64,000 bases of DNA from Octopus sinensis (GCF_006345805.1 NC_043000.1:142414001-142478000); one strand, 5' to 3'. Numbered from the stretch's first letter, positions 13,689-27,060 are shown. Translations and numbers: made by a program. Notes: generated by a model not told the origin, from the letters alone.

Positions 13689-14064
13689 ACTAGCAGTATC
13701 GCCCGGCGTTGCTCGGGTTTGTAAGGGAAATAACTATAAATCATTTTTAGAGAGTTATAGCCAAAAAATGGAGAAAAAAAATTATGGTAAATTTTTTTTG
13801 AGAGTTAAAAAAGGTCGAGTTGCGTCCCCTAGACAGTCTGTGGTTTGTGTTTCTGATTCTCGACCCCATGTCGAATTTATCGATTTTTTTCAGAACTGGG
13901 GGAACTTTTCAAAATTTTAGCTGCGTTAGTTTTGAATTATGACATTGGGCTATGTGTGTATCAAGTTTCATCAGAATCGGTTGAAAGCCGTGGTCAGGGT
14001 GAGGGTACAACCTGACAGACACACAGAAACACACACAGACAAACTGCCGTTTATATAGAGAGAG
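13689..14064 (+). mobile_element. Non-autonomous Helitron-like (Lep1/HINE-type) element
   Basis: 5' ACTAGC followed by a short hairpin cccg-gcgttgct-cggg, internal aagtttcatcagaatcggttg, 3' acagacacacag...tttatatagag. A short 5'-end copy lies near 19611-19640. Family assignment is from recalled architecture. Confidence 0.6.
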
Positions 14065-14250
14065 ATATTAAATTAGAGATAAAACCACTATTAGGCAAAT
14101 CAATTTTATGTATTGGCTTATGTTTTTCACTGTTTGATTTGCCTAATAGTGGTTTTATCTCTAATTTAATATAATATAATATAATATATTTATACTATAA
14201 AATTGGATTTAATCCTAAATCTAATTTTTCCCTGTAAGTTTGGATTTATT
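14065..14250 (+). mobile_element. Penelope-pLTR-like repeat family P1, truncated, with 5' inversion
   Basis: Perfect 39-bp inverted arms at 14065-14103 and 14134-14172; same sequence at 33000-33150 and 56963-57285; 3' end abuts (TA)n. Confidence 0.7.
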
Positions 14251-14253
14251 CCC

Positions 14254-14331
<78 letters not shown>

Positions 14332-15271
14332 TTCATACGATGAGAATGAGTGCTCAACACCGCTTTGGTGGATAAAGATTCATGATTTGTGTATTAAAGC
14401 TACCATTGGTTTCATGTTAAGGAAGTCCTCAACAATTTTTAAGCGTATCACAGGGAACATAGGTCTTCGTTTCCATTTTGGATTAAACTACGTCAAAGTC
14501 ATGTAAAATCACGATAAACAATCTTGCGAGATTTTTGGTAAGCAAAAATTCAATATGTATATCATTGAACAATCCGTGGCTGCTGTGTTCGGATCAGAAA
14601 CCATAATTTACAGATTTAGTAAGTTAAACAAAATATAATTCAGAGCTAGACGAGATGAAGTGACCGTTAGACGTGCAGATGCGTATTTCACTGCATCATG
14701 ACATTTTACACGTGCGTCACACACGCTGAATAAAATCTATGGCGTGTATTCATTTTCAAAACTTCCTGTCGCCACTTCAAACATCACAAGCTGACAGAAA
14801 TTAGAAACCAGGCTAATAAATGTGACATATTCAACTTTCCTCTCGGGTACATGACATGTATACTTGCACTCCAGAATATAATCGTACGAACTTTAATTAT
14901 TATATGAACAGACTCTATGTGCTTGTGAATAAGATTTCGTGCGAATTCACACTCGTAATTATACTCAAGTGAAAAATCCATCAGCTGAACACATTGTATT
15001 ATTTCGTCAATCTGTAGTTTTACCATTAGTTTGATGATTAGATACACTTGATTTATTCGTGATTTATAATCGTATAGTCTCAACGTAGTTAACTGTATTT
15101 TAAGTATTAAAGCTGTGGGTAAATAAAGTCTTCTGAAGTATAAAATTTATTATCCTTATTAATATATATTTGACATTGTACTTGAGCTCACAAGAATAAA
15201 AAGAAAAACGAACATCTACACATAATAATACATGCGTTTGTGTATATATCTGAGTGCGTAAATAGGTGTGT

Positions 15272-15315
<44 letters not shown>

Positions 15316-15345
<30 letters not shown>

Positions 15346-15352
15346 GAGAGAG

Positions 15353-15406
<54 letters not shown>

Positions 15407-15616
15407 GTAGATAGATAGATATATAGATAGATAGATAGATATAGAGAGATATAGATAGATAGATATATAAATATATAGATAAATAGATAGATAGACAGAT
15501 AGATAGATGGATGGATGGATGGATGGATGGATAGATGGATGGATGGATGGACGGATAGATAGACAGACAGACAGACTGACGGACAGACGGACGGACGGAC
15601 AGACAGACAGACAGAC

Positions 15617-15703
<87 letters not shown>
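15316..15703. repeat. Compound microsatellite (GA)n/(GATA)n/(GGAT)n/(GACA)n
   Basis: Visible directly in the sequence. Confidence 0.95.
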
Positions 15704-15704
<1 letters not shown>

Positions 15705-18700
15705 TGCACATATTACGTACACATTTAGAAGCGGTGTTTAAGTATTACCATTTTAAGAGCTTTAAAGTGGTACTACATGGATGGATGGATGGATTCATGG
15801 ATGGATGCTTCACAAGTAAATTTTGGTACAATTCCAAGAACATGTACATTCCTTCTTGACGTATAGATAATTTTTGACTCGGATTAAAAGCCTTCACTGA
15901 CTATCTGTAATCCGTAGGCAAAGCATAGAAATTCGACAAGTAAGGATCTTTATTTCAAAGATATTTTATCTCATTCATCTTTATTACACTTAGTGTACGT
16001 TGTTAATACGTCTATATTTTTAGCATAAAGCATCCAATTATGTAGATTTGCTGATTAGTGTACGAGGTGAGTTATATAATAAAACCAACAACATATGACT
16101 GCATTTATTCATTAATTTTATAGGAGATCCTCTCTTGTTGCATAGACCTGATTAGTTGAAGAATTAATTAATGGATTCTAGGTAGTGTTCGTATTCAGAA
16201 AAGTAAGAAACCTTATGTATGTTTGTGGTTTTCAGGCAGATTTTATTAATGATGTCTAAAAGTTATTCGAATTACATTTCAGATACTACGATGTCAGAAA
16301 CGAATGCCATGATCAGAGGAATATGAATCTGGCTGCTTTTCCAGAATTAGTGGATACACATATGTATAGCAATACCATATCAGAAATATTAGAAACACAC
16401 GATAAAACATCACCAAATACAGAGCGATAAGGCTATAGATTGTTTTGACAAAAATAGATACAGGAGCAATGCGAACTGATATTTTAATTAGATGAGCAAC
16501 TAATAAGCTTATGTTTGACTGTTGAACATTATAATCGGTCACGTACTGCATTCATTTGATGTTCTTTTTCTTCACATTATATATTTCTAGCAGTAATGTA
16601 ACTAACGTGCGTATTCATCCATTTCTACAAACGGTAGGATGGTTTTGAAAGTGAAATGGCTGTTTAAAACTCCATCCTACTCGTCGAGGCATGCTTGGTT
16701 ATTTTTAGAATCTTCAGAGGTTATATGCAGTAAAAGAACAATGATAATAGGAAATGGCCTGTTTTGAAATTCATATTCTACTAAACGTTACTATGAAACA
16801 CCTCGAACCATTCTCAAAATAATCTTTACATGAAAATACATCATTTGGGGAAGAATAGTATTCAAATTATCAGATGGTAGCATGTTAATTGTACTAACAT
16901 GAACTAAGATGAAGGCCCGCTAAATAGGTACACAACATTTACAGTAATTGTATTATTAAAGATCAGGATGGTCCTCATCAAAGAAATCTATTATAATCCT
17001 TCCAGTCATAGCTAACTTATTATATTTTCAGAGAACGTTTTCCAAACTACATTATCCAGAAATCATGTTCTTTATATAACAGTAGTATGCGGCATGAGAA
17101 AGTTTTCTTTGTTATATCTAACATGATTCCGTCTTAAATGTACAAAGCGATATATACGCCCATATCTCATAGCAAGACACGGTCAGTTTTATCATATATA
17201 ATATAGTGAGTCAATAACATTAAATTAAAGTTGCACCTGTGATGAAGAGATATATCACAGATAAATTATAGCAGGGTAGACAATAATTTAATTGAAAGTA
17301 ATTTACAAATATTCTACTCTCGTGCAATAGTTCATTTTATTCTGATACTATCAAACACACATAACTTAAAAGATATATGGATCTTTTAATATTTAATATA
17401 CGTTTTAAGATATATTCGTACGTTGTTACTAAACATTTATGTTAGGATAAATAATTTATAACTGATCTCATAACTTGGCATAAAAGTGAAACATGTCTGT
17501 GGGTGACTTTTGCTTTGTCATTCCTTAGATTATCATGCTACTTACTGTATATATATATATTTTCAAACAATATAAGTTCTCTCAATGAATAGATTTCTAG
17601 CAGTGGTGGTAAATATACAATTCTGAGATTATATAATGAAGCGAAAATGTGAAAAAAGCTCTCACAATCTGTCTTTGTCTCTCTCCGCCCCTTCTCTCTC
17701 ACTCTCAATACTTTCATAATCAGACTCACTCCTCTTCATTGTTAAATTAATTTATATCCCTTGTATCTATCCTGTGAAATTATTTATCAGAACTGATTCT
17801 TAAGATATTTCTTTCTCATCATCAAGGGTTTAACATTAAGTGGCATTCCTTCATTCACAACATTAAGTGTATTTGCATCTACCTTCCCATTTCATTTTTA
17901 TGCAGCACATGCTTCTGAGAGGTTTCTAGACAGTCATTTGTCGGTATGTATTGAACCATTTTACTGATCTTTGCTAGTGTCCTATTATGGTTTTCTGCCA
18001 GTATAAGTAATTTGCAAACAACCCTTATAATACGATACATAGGAAGCGGAAGTAAATATTGTCGTGTATAAGGTTTGAATTACAGAAGTGACATATCTTT
18101 CATTTCCTGAACGTGCACAGTTTAATTATCGATAACGTTATTATTTGAGGTTTGAGGTCAGACAGGATACTTAGTTTCTGGCAAAAAGAAATCGAACGTC
18201 GATTGAACATTGAGAGATGACTACAAGCCACGGCATGCAACTCAGAATTGCTTTAATTCCGTTCATTTTGAGCACAAATCAATTGGACAGTCAACCCGAT
18301 AGAAATGGTAACAAAATCCACCAGAAATAGCTCTCTTCCATATCAAATATAAAACAGACATATTAGATAATGTAGTCCAATATAACTATAAAACGACGAC
18401 TAGTCAAGGCATTTGAGTCTACTCAATCAGCTGCAAACCATAGATCAAAAACTATAATAAATTCAAAGTAACGTCACTGGAGTTAATACCTAATTATCTC
18501 AATAAACAGATTTTTGAGCAGCACGAATTTTTCTCTAGCATTAGTGAAGTGAAATAAAATTGCTCCAAATTATGATTTGAAACAATGTTGCGCTATTTGC
18601 TTCGCTACTACTTTACTGCCAAAGGCCAGCATAATTATGAGCACAATTTATGATAGCTTTCCTAAAATGGTTTCATATATTATTACTTTATATCAGTATT

Positions 18701-19475
18701 ATCAGTAAAACCTTTGAATACGAGTTTCTTTCCATCAGTGCTGCACTATTATTCTCATCAATTATGGCGTTTGGTAAAGTAGCTACCAGAGGTAATTTCT
18801 CTGATCCATTCTATCAATTTAGTAAGACAAGAAATGGGAATAAAATTCAAATTCAACTATACTTAGATGAAACTTAGAAAGTACACAATTTTCTGTAAAT
18901 AGGCAAAACCTTAACTTCTAAATATTCGGCATTAAATGAGCAGAAAACTTCTTAACGCTTATTCGACACATTTTGACTGATAATTTTCAAGGAAAGTATT
19001 AAAGAGAAATCAGTGATAAATCTAGAAGTTGTGTGATTTTTCAGTAAATGTTGCAAGACATAAATATAATTCTATATGAATAACCGACATAAAAACGACA
19101 CAACGACATCGGTTTCATTTGTAAAAGTACGTTTTATCACCCCCATTGACTTATATCAATGTTTTCTATAAAATATGCAACAAAAACAGAACATTTTCCT
19201 GCAATCTGAACTTCCATCTCATTTTCTATTTGGAAAAATGTTTTGTAGTGTATTCCTAGCTATATTTTACTAAATATAAATAACAAGTACAACAAAGAAG
19301 TAAAAAACAAGCAGAAAACTGGTAATAGCAACAGCAAGGTTCATAGAGTTTGACAAAAAATATTTCACGTTTTATATGTGACAATGATTGTGTGCGTGTT
19401 TCTATTACACTGGGTAGTTTGAAAAAATATAATATATAAATTATAGGCATATAAACATGCATATATGTATGTAGG

Positions 19476-19523
<48 letters not shown>

Positions 19524-19571
19524 ATATATATATAATATATATTTATTTCTATGCATGTATTTATATATTAT

Positions 19572-19608
<37 letters not shown>

Positions 19609-19677
19609 GTACTAGCAGAGATAACCGGCGTTGCTCGAGATAATAATGGCATAGTTTGCACATACATATATATAATA

Positions 19678-19736
<59 letters not shown>

Positions 19737-20124
19737 AGTGTACATTTTACACTAATTTTACACTAATTTGATATGGAAAATATGGCTATTGATTATCTAT
19801 ACATGGTAGGCCACTGGTAGAAAAATGTCTAAAATTGTCTGTGATGGAATAGTTTTTCAATTTTTGGGAAGAAAAAAATATGAACATAGAAAAATATTAA
19901 TCTCTATTTTTGTAAGCATTTCTATTTATGTAATATGTCTATATTCTTGTATGTAGTGTAAATTAACCAAATATAAGCAAATTATTACTACCTAGCAGCC
20001 TTGCAACTGCTGCAATAATTTTGAACTACTAATTGAATAATAGATGTGTATTTGGTGTACCTTGGAGCTGCGACCTACTATTTTTTTTATCAAGTATTTC
20101 ACCACCAGCCATTCTCGTCTTATA

Positions 20125-20830
20125 CAGCCTTGGACAAAACATTTGGTGGTTCTGTTGTCTCAATATTAATGTTACTCTTGCACATGGTAATTTATGGTAT
20201 ATTTCACAATATACATTAGTTTTAATATCTGGTTGACCCTCCTTTAACATCAATTACTGCTTTTATACTGTACTGTACATATGCAACGAATTATGAGTAA
20301 GACCAACGTCCAAAATTAACTTATGTTTCCTTCATTATTTCAGAATTCTATGCTAAAATACGTTGTAGATACAGTTAATACGTAGTAATATTCCTAAAAC
20401 AAAGGAGTTGAGTGAGTATGAGCGAGGTCAAATCGTAACTCATCATGAAGATGGAATGACTGAAAGGCAAATTGCTCAGAAGATGAAATGTTCTCATTGT
20501 GTGGTACAAATTATCCTCAAGCGCTTCAGAGAGACAAAAGATGCGACGACAATACAAAGAACAGGTAGAAAAAAGGTTACATCACATCATGATGACAGAT
20601 CCATCATCCGACATCGTGGGAACATTAAACGGACTTCAACTAGACAAGTACTTCAAGAAAATCAATCAGAACTGTTAGAAAAGGCTTGAAGTGCGCGGCT
20701 GAGAGGCTGTGAAGCTAGGAAGAAGCCATGGGTTTCTGAAGCAAATATAGAAAAACGTCTTCATTGGGTCAAAAATCACTAAACTTGGACCAGTGAGCAA
20801 TGGTCGAAAGTCATATGGTCATATGAAATA
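20125..20830 (+). mobile_element. Tc1-like transposon, 5' half (left TIR and transposase N-terminus)
   Basis: TA|cagccttggacaaaac end; PKTKELSEYERGQIV...RTGRKKVT...ARKKPWVSEANIEKRLHW...WSKVIWSYE with stops. Confidence 0.8.
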
Positions 20831-21191
20831 ACTATAAGGTAAGATAGTACATGTATTCAATCAACATATAAACTTAATGTAATGGTTTGTAGCCCAAAAT
20901 ATATAAAAAGCATCCAACATAAAGCTAATATTATTTTTCATGTTTTTACTCGGGATTTCGGTATGTCTGGTGCAACTTCCGTGCGTCGCAGAGTTGGGGA
21001 AGCATTAAGGCTCTTCAAAGTCAACTGGTCTCGCACTACTTCCTGTCAGACATTCTTGAGACACTCGAGTCTTCTGATGGTATCATATATACTGTGACAA
21101 CACCCCAGGGATGTCTTTTCATGTCTTACTAGAATGAACAGTGACCTACACTTCCCTTCCTATAATATATATTTATATATATATATATATA

Positions 21192-21303
21192 TTGGCCTGC
21201 TCGCTTAGCCAGCGGGGTGGCGTCATTTGAAGGCTAAAACAATGCGAAGCGCATTGTGACCAGCGATGTGTAGCAACATCTGATAGCCTGGTCGATCACG
21301 GTG
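21192..21303. other. Unclassified ~110-bp GC-richer island embedded in (TA)n
   Basis: ttggcctgctcgcttagccagcggggtggcgtc...ggtcgatcacggtg is bounded on both sides by (TA)n; single copy in the window. Confidence 0.4.
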
Positions 21304-21318
21304 ATATATATATATATA

Positions 21319-21360
<42 letters not shown>

Positions 21361-21363
<3 letters not shown>

Positions 21364-22579
21364 GGGTAGGTCATCATTACATCATAATTTTGAAATATCT
21401 TTAAAACCGTCAAAAGATTGTTTATTTTAATGTTTATTTATTTATTTATTTATTATTGGTGTTGTTGAAATTGCTGTTTCTTTACAGATATCACCAAGAA
21501 AATGTAATTAAAATTCATTAATATGACAGATCTATCGACTTTGAAACAGGTCAAACTGTTGGTGCTCGTATGGCAGGTGCTACTGTAATGAAAACAGCCG
21601 AAATTTTTGGCGTATCAAGAAGTACTGTCTTGAAAGTAATGACAGCATTTGAGAAAGAAGGAAAAACCTCCTTGTCGAAACAAAACTCCGGAAGAAAACT
21701 AAAACTTTTAGATAGGGACCGTGGGATTGTTACGCGAATTGTTAGAAAGGATCCCAAAATTACTGCAGTGCTTAATGACTACCTCGATACTGTTTCCACA
21801 AAGGTTGATCGCCGAGAGCTGCATAAAGCCGGATTTAACAGGAGGGCTGCAATTAACAAACAAGTACTTTCAAATACAAACGTTGCAAAGCGTTTAGAGT
21901 AGATTAAAACCTACAGAATTGGTCCCTAGATCAGGGGAACAATGTTATTTTCTCGTCGAGTCAACCATTACTTTATTTCCGACCACCGGCCGAGTATAAG
22001 TATGGAGACAACCAAAAGGAGCATTTGACCCAGACTGCCTTCTTCCAAATGTTAAACAAATAGGAGGATCTGTGATGATCTGGGGTGAGGGTCTGTTCTT
22101 AGAAATCCGCCGGGCCAATGGTTTCCCTTCATGCCAGAATTAATAGACAAGACTATTTAAGCATTTTATATGAGCAAATTCATCCGATGTTTACAGAACT
22201 GTTTCAGGAGGGAATCGCAATCTTTCAGGATAATAATGCACCAATTCACACAGCTAAAATTGTTACTGAATGTCACCAGGAACATTCTAGTGAAGTTGAA
22301 AATCATATCTGGTCATCACAGTCCCCAGATTTCAATATTATTGAGCATTCATGGTGCATTTTAGAAACACAAGGAGTCGATATCCTACACCATCGTTGCT
22401 ACACGAACCGTTTTAGCAGAAGAATGGACAAAAATTCGTTTGGAAACAATTCAAACGTTGTATGAGCCCATATCTCGTAGAATTCAAGCTGTAATTACTG
22501 CCAAGGTGGCCAGGCCCCGTATTAAATTAAATTTATTTGAAATTGTAAGGTGTTTCCATTACTGTGTCTAACCCCCATG
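21361..22579 (+). mobile_element. Degenerate Tc1-like (DD34E) transposon flanked by (TA)n
   Basis: GARMAGATVMKTAEIFGVSRSTV, SGRKLKL, GGSVMIWG, FQDNNAPIHTAK, WSSQSPDFNIIEH and RIQAVITAK across frameshifts. Confidence 0.9.
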
Positions 22580-22589
22580 TATATATATA

Positions 22590-22639
<50 letters not shown>

Positions 22640-22655
22640 ATATATATATATATAT

Positions 22656-22743
<88 letters not shown>

Positions 22744-23215
22744 AAAAAATGAAGTTCGAAAATGCTGCTGTATTATACAATTTTTAATTTTTATATATAC
22801 ATTATAACGTTTCAGTTCCTGAAATTAAATTTATCAAAAAAAGTTATATATAAAAAAAGACAGCTCATGCCGTCAAACACAAGAAATTCATTTATAATAC
22901 ACAACGGAGTCAGACATCTTAGAGTTCATGTATAGTTGATATATAGTTCATGTATAGTTGATATATAGTTTGAAGTATATGTTCAAAGTGTTCGATGCAG
23001 TGGCCCACGGTGGCGATACGTATTCAATACAAAAAACAGATCAAAGTGGTGGAAAGCGGTCATACAGAAGATTGATGTTTCCGAAAGAGCGAGGAATTCA
23101 TTTTTACCTTAAGCAATGTGGTGACCCATGGTGGATGTTCGCTGGGTGGTTCTAATGAGTTTTTGTGAAGTGTTCGGTTTTATAATGCCTGTTAGGTGGT
23201 CAATTCAGCGTAGCG

Positions 23216-23631
23216 TGACGTCATCAACGTTTTGACCAATCGTTTCGTTAGGTGGCTTTAGTCAAGTAGAACGGGACGTCATCATTATTTTGACCAATCG
23301 CTGCATTATAACTGCCTCTTGTTTGTTTCCTGTTTTGACCAGTCGCTTCGTTAGTCAAGTAGAACGGGACGTCATCATTATTTTGACCAATCGCTGCATT
23401 ATATTGCCTCTTGTTTGTTTCCTGTCCTGACCAGTCGCTTCGTTAGTCAAGCAGAACGGGACGTCATGCAGATTCTGCCCAATCACGACTTATAGATCTG
23501 CCCCCTGTCTGTACTTGTTAGGTGACTATTCAAGCAGAAAAGGACGTCATCAATATTCTGACTAATGACTGTCCCCTGTTTGTATCCTGTCCATTCTAGC
23601 TGAGCTAGACGTCATCAACTTGTTGACCAAT
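23216..23631. promoter_or_regulatory. Six-unit GACGTCA-N12-CCAAT array in the Penelope 3' region
   Basis: GACGTCA at 23217, 23275, 23368, 23460, 23543 and 23608, each followed after exactly 12 nt by CCAAT (CTAAT in unit 5). Function inferred. Confidence 0.7.
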
Positions 23632-23802
23632 CAGAATCGGGTCTGACCCTTAGCTGTATCGTATGTATCAGGGTCAGATTTTCACGAAAGAATTTTTTTT
23701 CCCTTTTTTACTTAGGTATATTTCCGTCAGAGTGAGTGTCTGTTTGAAGTCGCGGTCGTGGTGGAATTTTGCTTCTCCTTTTCGGAGGACTTATCTTTTG
23801 TT

Positions 23803-25566
23803 TTAGTATTCCTGGCCCAGGGTGTTTAAACTTGGTCTAAATTTTTTTATGAAATATAGTTCTTTATTTTGGCGTTGTGTGAAGGTTGCGTTGTCACTGA
23901 ATTTATAGAGCGGGTTAGTTGTAAATTTCGGATTTACATTTCCAGCACATCTATCTATGTGTCCGCTGACCGGTATTTTGCGGTAATCAGGGTTTCTAAT
24001 TTGTGATTTATGCACCGCCATCCTGTTACGTAAGCTATTTTTTGTATGGCCTATATACTGCCTATTGCAGCCTGCGCATGTTATGACGTAAATTAAGTTT
24101 TCTGATGCGCAGGTGAAGTTTGTTCTAATGGTGAACTGGTGGCCTTGTTCCAGTATAAGTTCTGATCCTTCTTTCAAGATGACACAGATTCCGCAGTTGG
24201 GCCTTCCACATTTTCTAACTGCTGGTTTTGTGGTTGATGTTGAGTGCAGTGTAGCTTGGGTTAAAATCCTTTTCAAGGATTTTGGTTGCCGTTTACTTTT
24301 AATGATGGTGTGTGTTTCGAGGATCCGGTTCATCTTTGGGTCTCCCTTTAGTAGGGCTGTGCTTTGTAGTATGGTGTTGAAGGCCTCATTGTTGAGTGGG
24401 TTGTGTGTAGAAATGTAGGGAAGGGTTTTCAATTGTTCTTTCTTTGGTTTTGTTTGTCTCAGGTCTTCTATACTTAATTTAAGTACCCGTTGGATTGCAC
24501 TGTCTATGGGGGGCTGTGGATAGTTTCTATTTGTGAGTGTGGTTCTAAGTTCCTGGAGACGTGTGTGTCGGGTGTTTGTGTCTGATATTATGGTGCAAAT
24601 CCTTCTAGCTAAACAAAAAGGGACATTCATTCTAGTGTGTCGTGGGTGGCATGAATCAAAGGGTAGGTACTGTTTAGAGTCTGTCGGTTTATAGTAGATA
24701 TCTGTCTCTATTTTGTTGCCGGTTTTCTTAATGAGGATGTCTAAAAATGGTAATTCTTTTTCGTTGTGGTCCATCGTGAATTGTATATTGTCATTTATTC
24801 CATTTAATAGTATTTTAAATTCCTCAAGTTTCTCTATACCTTTGTCCCAGATGATGAAACAGTCATCGAGGTATCGTTTCCAGTTGTTATGGATATAGGT
24901 GGCGAAGGTGTTTCCATATTTCTCGAGTGTCATCCGGTATAGTATTTTCTCGAGGTATCCCATCACTAGGTTGGCAAAAGATGGTGCAGTACGCGTGCCC
25001 ATCGCTGTTCCCGATCTTTGCCTGTAGAAATCATTGTCAAAAATAAAATAATTGTTCTCTAAAATGAATCTAAGTCCTTCTATTATAAGGTCTTTGTTTA
25101 TGCGAGTTGGGAGTTCAAAGGGGTAGTTATTCAGCCAGAAGGTGATCGCTTCTATTCCTAGGTTGTGAGGGATGTTAGAATAAAGATTAACTACGTCGAA
25201 TGATACTAGAAGGGTTTTCTCATTGACTTTTTTAGGGAGGTGGTTGAGCATATATATATCGTCTCTTACGTAGCTTTTGATGTGTTTTAGGAAAGGTTTA
25301 AGAAGTGTGTCTAAGAAATTGCTGAGGCGGTGAGTTTCACATGCTGGTCCTGCTATTATCGGTCTTAGTTTAAGATCATTTGGTGAAGGGATTTTGATGA
25401 GTGTGTCGGTGGATGTTTTGCACGTTTCTCTAATGGTTTGGCTTTTGTGTACCTTAGGTATACCATAGAACAAACTCAATTTGCATTTGAAGTTAGTGAT
25501 GTATTCATACTCCTTGTTCGTGAGTCCTTCTTGGTATGTGTTGATTAATGTCCTAAGGTTATGCAT
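23803..25566 (-). CDS. Penelope-like RT + GIY-YIG endonuclease (587-aa open part of a frameshifted ORF)
   Basis: ORF track; upstream parts at 25570-26970 are disrupted by frameshifts and stops. Confidence 0.9.
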   Translation of the reverse strand: MHNLRTLINTYQEGLTNKEYEYITNFKCKLSLFYGIPKVHKSQTIRETCKTSTDTLIKIPSPNDLKLRPIIAGPACETHRLSNFLDTLLKPFLKHIKSYVRDDIYMLNHLPKKVNEKTLLVSFDVVNLYSNIPHNLGIEAITFWLNNYPFELPTRINKDLIIEGLRFILENNYFIFDNDFYRQRSGTAMGTRTAPSFANLVMGYLEKILYRMTLEKYGNTFATYIHNNWKRYLDDCFIIWDKGIEKLEEFKILLNGINDNIQFTMDHNEKELPFLDILIKKTGNKIETDIYYKPTDSKQYLPFDSCHPRHTRMNVPFCLARRICTIISDTNTRHTRLQELRTTLTNRNYPQPPIDSAIQRVLKLSIEDLRQTKPKKEQLKTLPYISTHNPLNNEAFNTILQSTALLKGDPKMNRILETHTIIKSKRQPKSLKRILTQATLHSTSTTKPAVRKCGRPNCGICVILKEGSELILEQGHQFTIRTNFTCASENLIYVITCAGCNRQYIGHTKNSLRNRMAVHKSQIRNPDYRKIPVSGHIDRCAGNVNPKFTTNPLYKFSDNATFTQRQNKELYFIKKFRPSLNTLGQEY

Positions 25567-26970
25567 TATTTTTTGCTGGTTATACTGTTGGGCCCTTTCA
25601 TAATACGTTCATCCTCTTAATAGGGATAGCACTAAATTTTTATAATTGTTTGTATTCATTATTACTATCGCGTTGCCCTTATCTGCCTCCTTAATTGTTA
25701 TTGTTTTGTCTTCTCTTAGTTTGATGAGGTCGTTCCATTCTCTTTTGTTGAAGTTAGGGCTGTGTGTTTTGTTCTTGATGAATTGAAACGGGAAATTAGT
25801 TATGTAGTCACAATAGCGGTCTAAGGCTTTATTCTTACCTTTGGTGGGGGTGTGTAATTGCTCTTGTTTCTAGCTATTGAGTCCTCCTCTATTTGTTTGT
25901 CTTGAAATGCCTCGGTGAGTCTTAGTTTTCTGCAAAATTCCGAAATATCATCTTTCATTTCATAGTAATTAGAACGTTGTGGGGTGGGTGTAAATTTAAG
26001 TCCTTTGGAGAGTATGCTTATTTCGTTAGGTGTAAGTTCTTTGTTTGAGAGATTGATTATCTTAATTACCTGAGGTTTCTTTTGTTTGTCCTTTGCCATC
26101 GTGTGTCCCTGTTCCTGTGTGTGGGGTCTAAAAAATGGTTGGTGTAGTTAAGTTCAAAGCTATTATTTATCTGTCTCATGTTGTTATAATTGTCAGAGTG
26201 AGTTTGTGGTGCTCTGTTCTGGAGTCTGTTGTTGAACCTAGTGTTCCGTCTTAGTTCCTCAGGTATATTGTGTTGGTAGTTGTTTCCTCCGTAGTGCATT
26301 TGTTGTTTGTTATGGTTGTATGGTTGGTTCCTGGGGTGGATGTTTGGTAGTAGCGTTTTGGTTTGGTTATGTGGGTTGTATTTTATAGTATTGTATGTTG
26401 TGGCTCTTAGGTTCGTGGAATGGTGGGTGGTGGGACCCTATAAGTGTTTTGGGGTTGGTGTAGGTAGTGTGGGGTGCGTTTAAATGCATTTTTCTGGTGA
26501 AGTGTGTGTTTGGATTTCTTGGTGGTTGTTCTGCTCTGTTGGTATGTCTATTTTCAAACTGGTGTGGTGGGCTTCTGTAGGTGTTTTTGGGTTGGTGTAG
26601 GTAGTGTGTGGGGTGTGTTTTAGGTGTACTTTTCTGGTGTAGTGTGTGGTAGGATTTCTTGGTGGTTGTTCCGTTCTGTTGGTATTTGTTTTGATTTGCT
26701 TAATTTTATGAAGGGGTTGTTGGATATGTGTTCATTTTTGAAGTTGGTTTCATAATCTAGAAACCAGATGGCGCTCTTTTGCCATCGTTGGAGGGACTTA
26801 AGTTCCTCTTTTTCACATTCTTCATTCCATAGTGCTGTAATGTTCAGTATGTTGTGTTGTATATTAGTTTGATGACTTCTTCGTTGATTTCCTCGTCTAT
26901 GGTTTTTACTTTTTCTTCATTCGTTTTAGCTCTCAGCTTAAGTAGTTCTATTTCCATCTTCATTTTTTCT

Positions 26971-27060
<90 letters not shown>

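Larger units (their letters stand above)
22937..26972 (-). mobile_element. Penelope-like retroelement, probably Neptune clade
   Basis: IKEADKGNAIVIMN, LRPIIAGP, SFDVVNLYSNIP, GTAMG, WKRYLDDCF, LPFLD, Cys linker CGRPNCGIC, GIY-YIG LIYVITC..C..QYIGHT. The 5' end is cut at (TA)n (26973). A Cys linker before GIY-YIG is a Neptune-clade trait. Confidence 0.95.

Noticed and set aside
16283-16430. 48-codon frame after an AG, resembling a terminal exon (similar case near 18695-18791)
   Set aside because: The length is compatible with chance in 64 kb, the acceptor is modest, and no motif was recognised.
22580-22740. Phase shifts (TT/AA, GA) within long (TA)n tracts
   Set aside because: Best explained by slippage or sequencing error; no consistent periodicity.
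23200-23640. Repeat-spacer appearance suggesting a CRISPR array
   Set aside because: Units are imperfect tandem duplications with related spacers, in a eukaryotic retroelement, with no cas genes.
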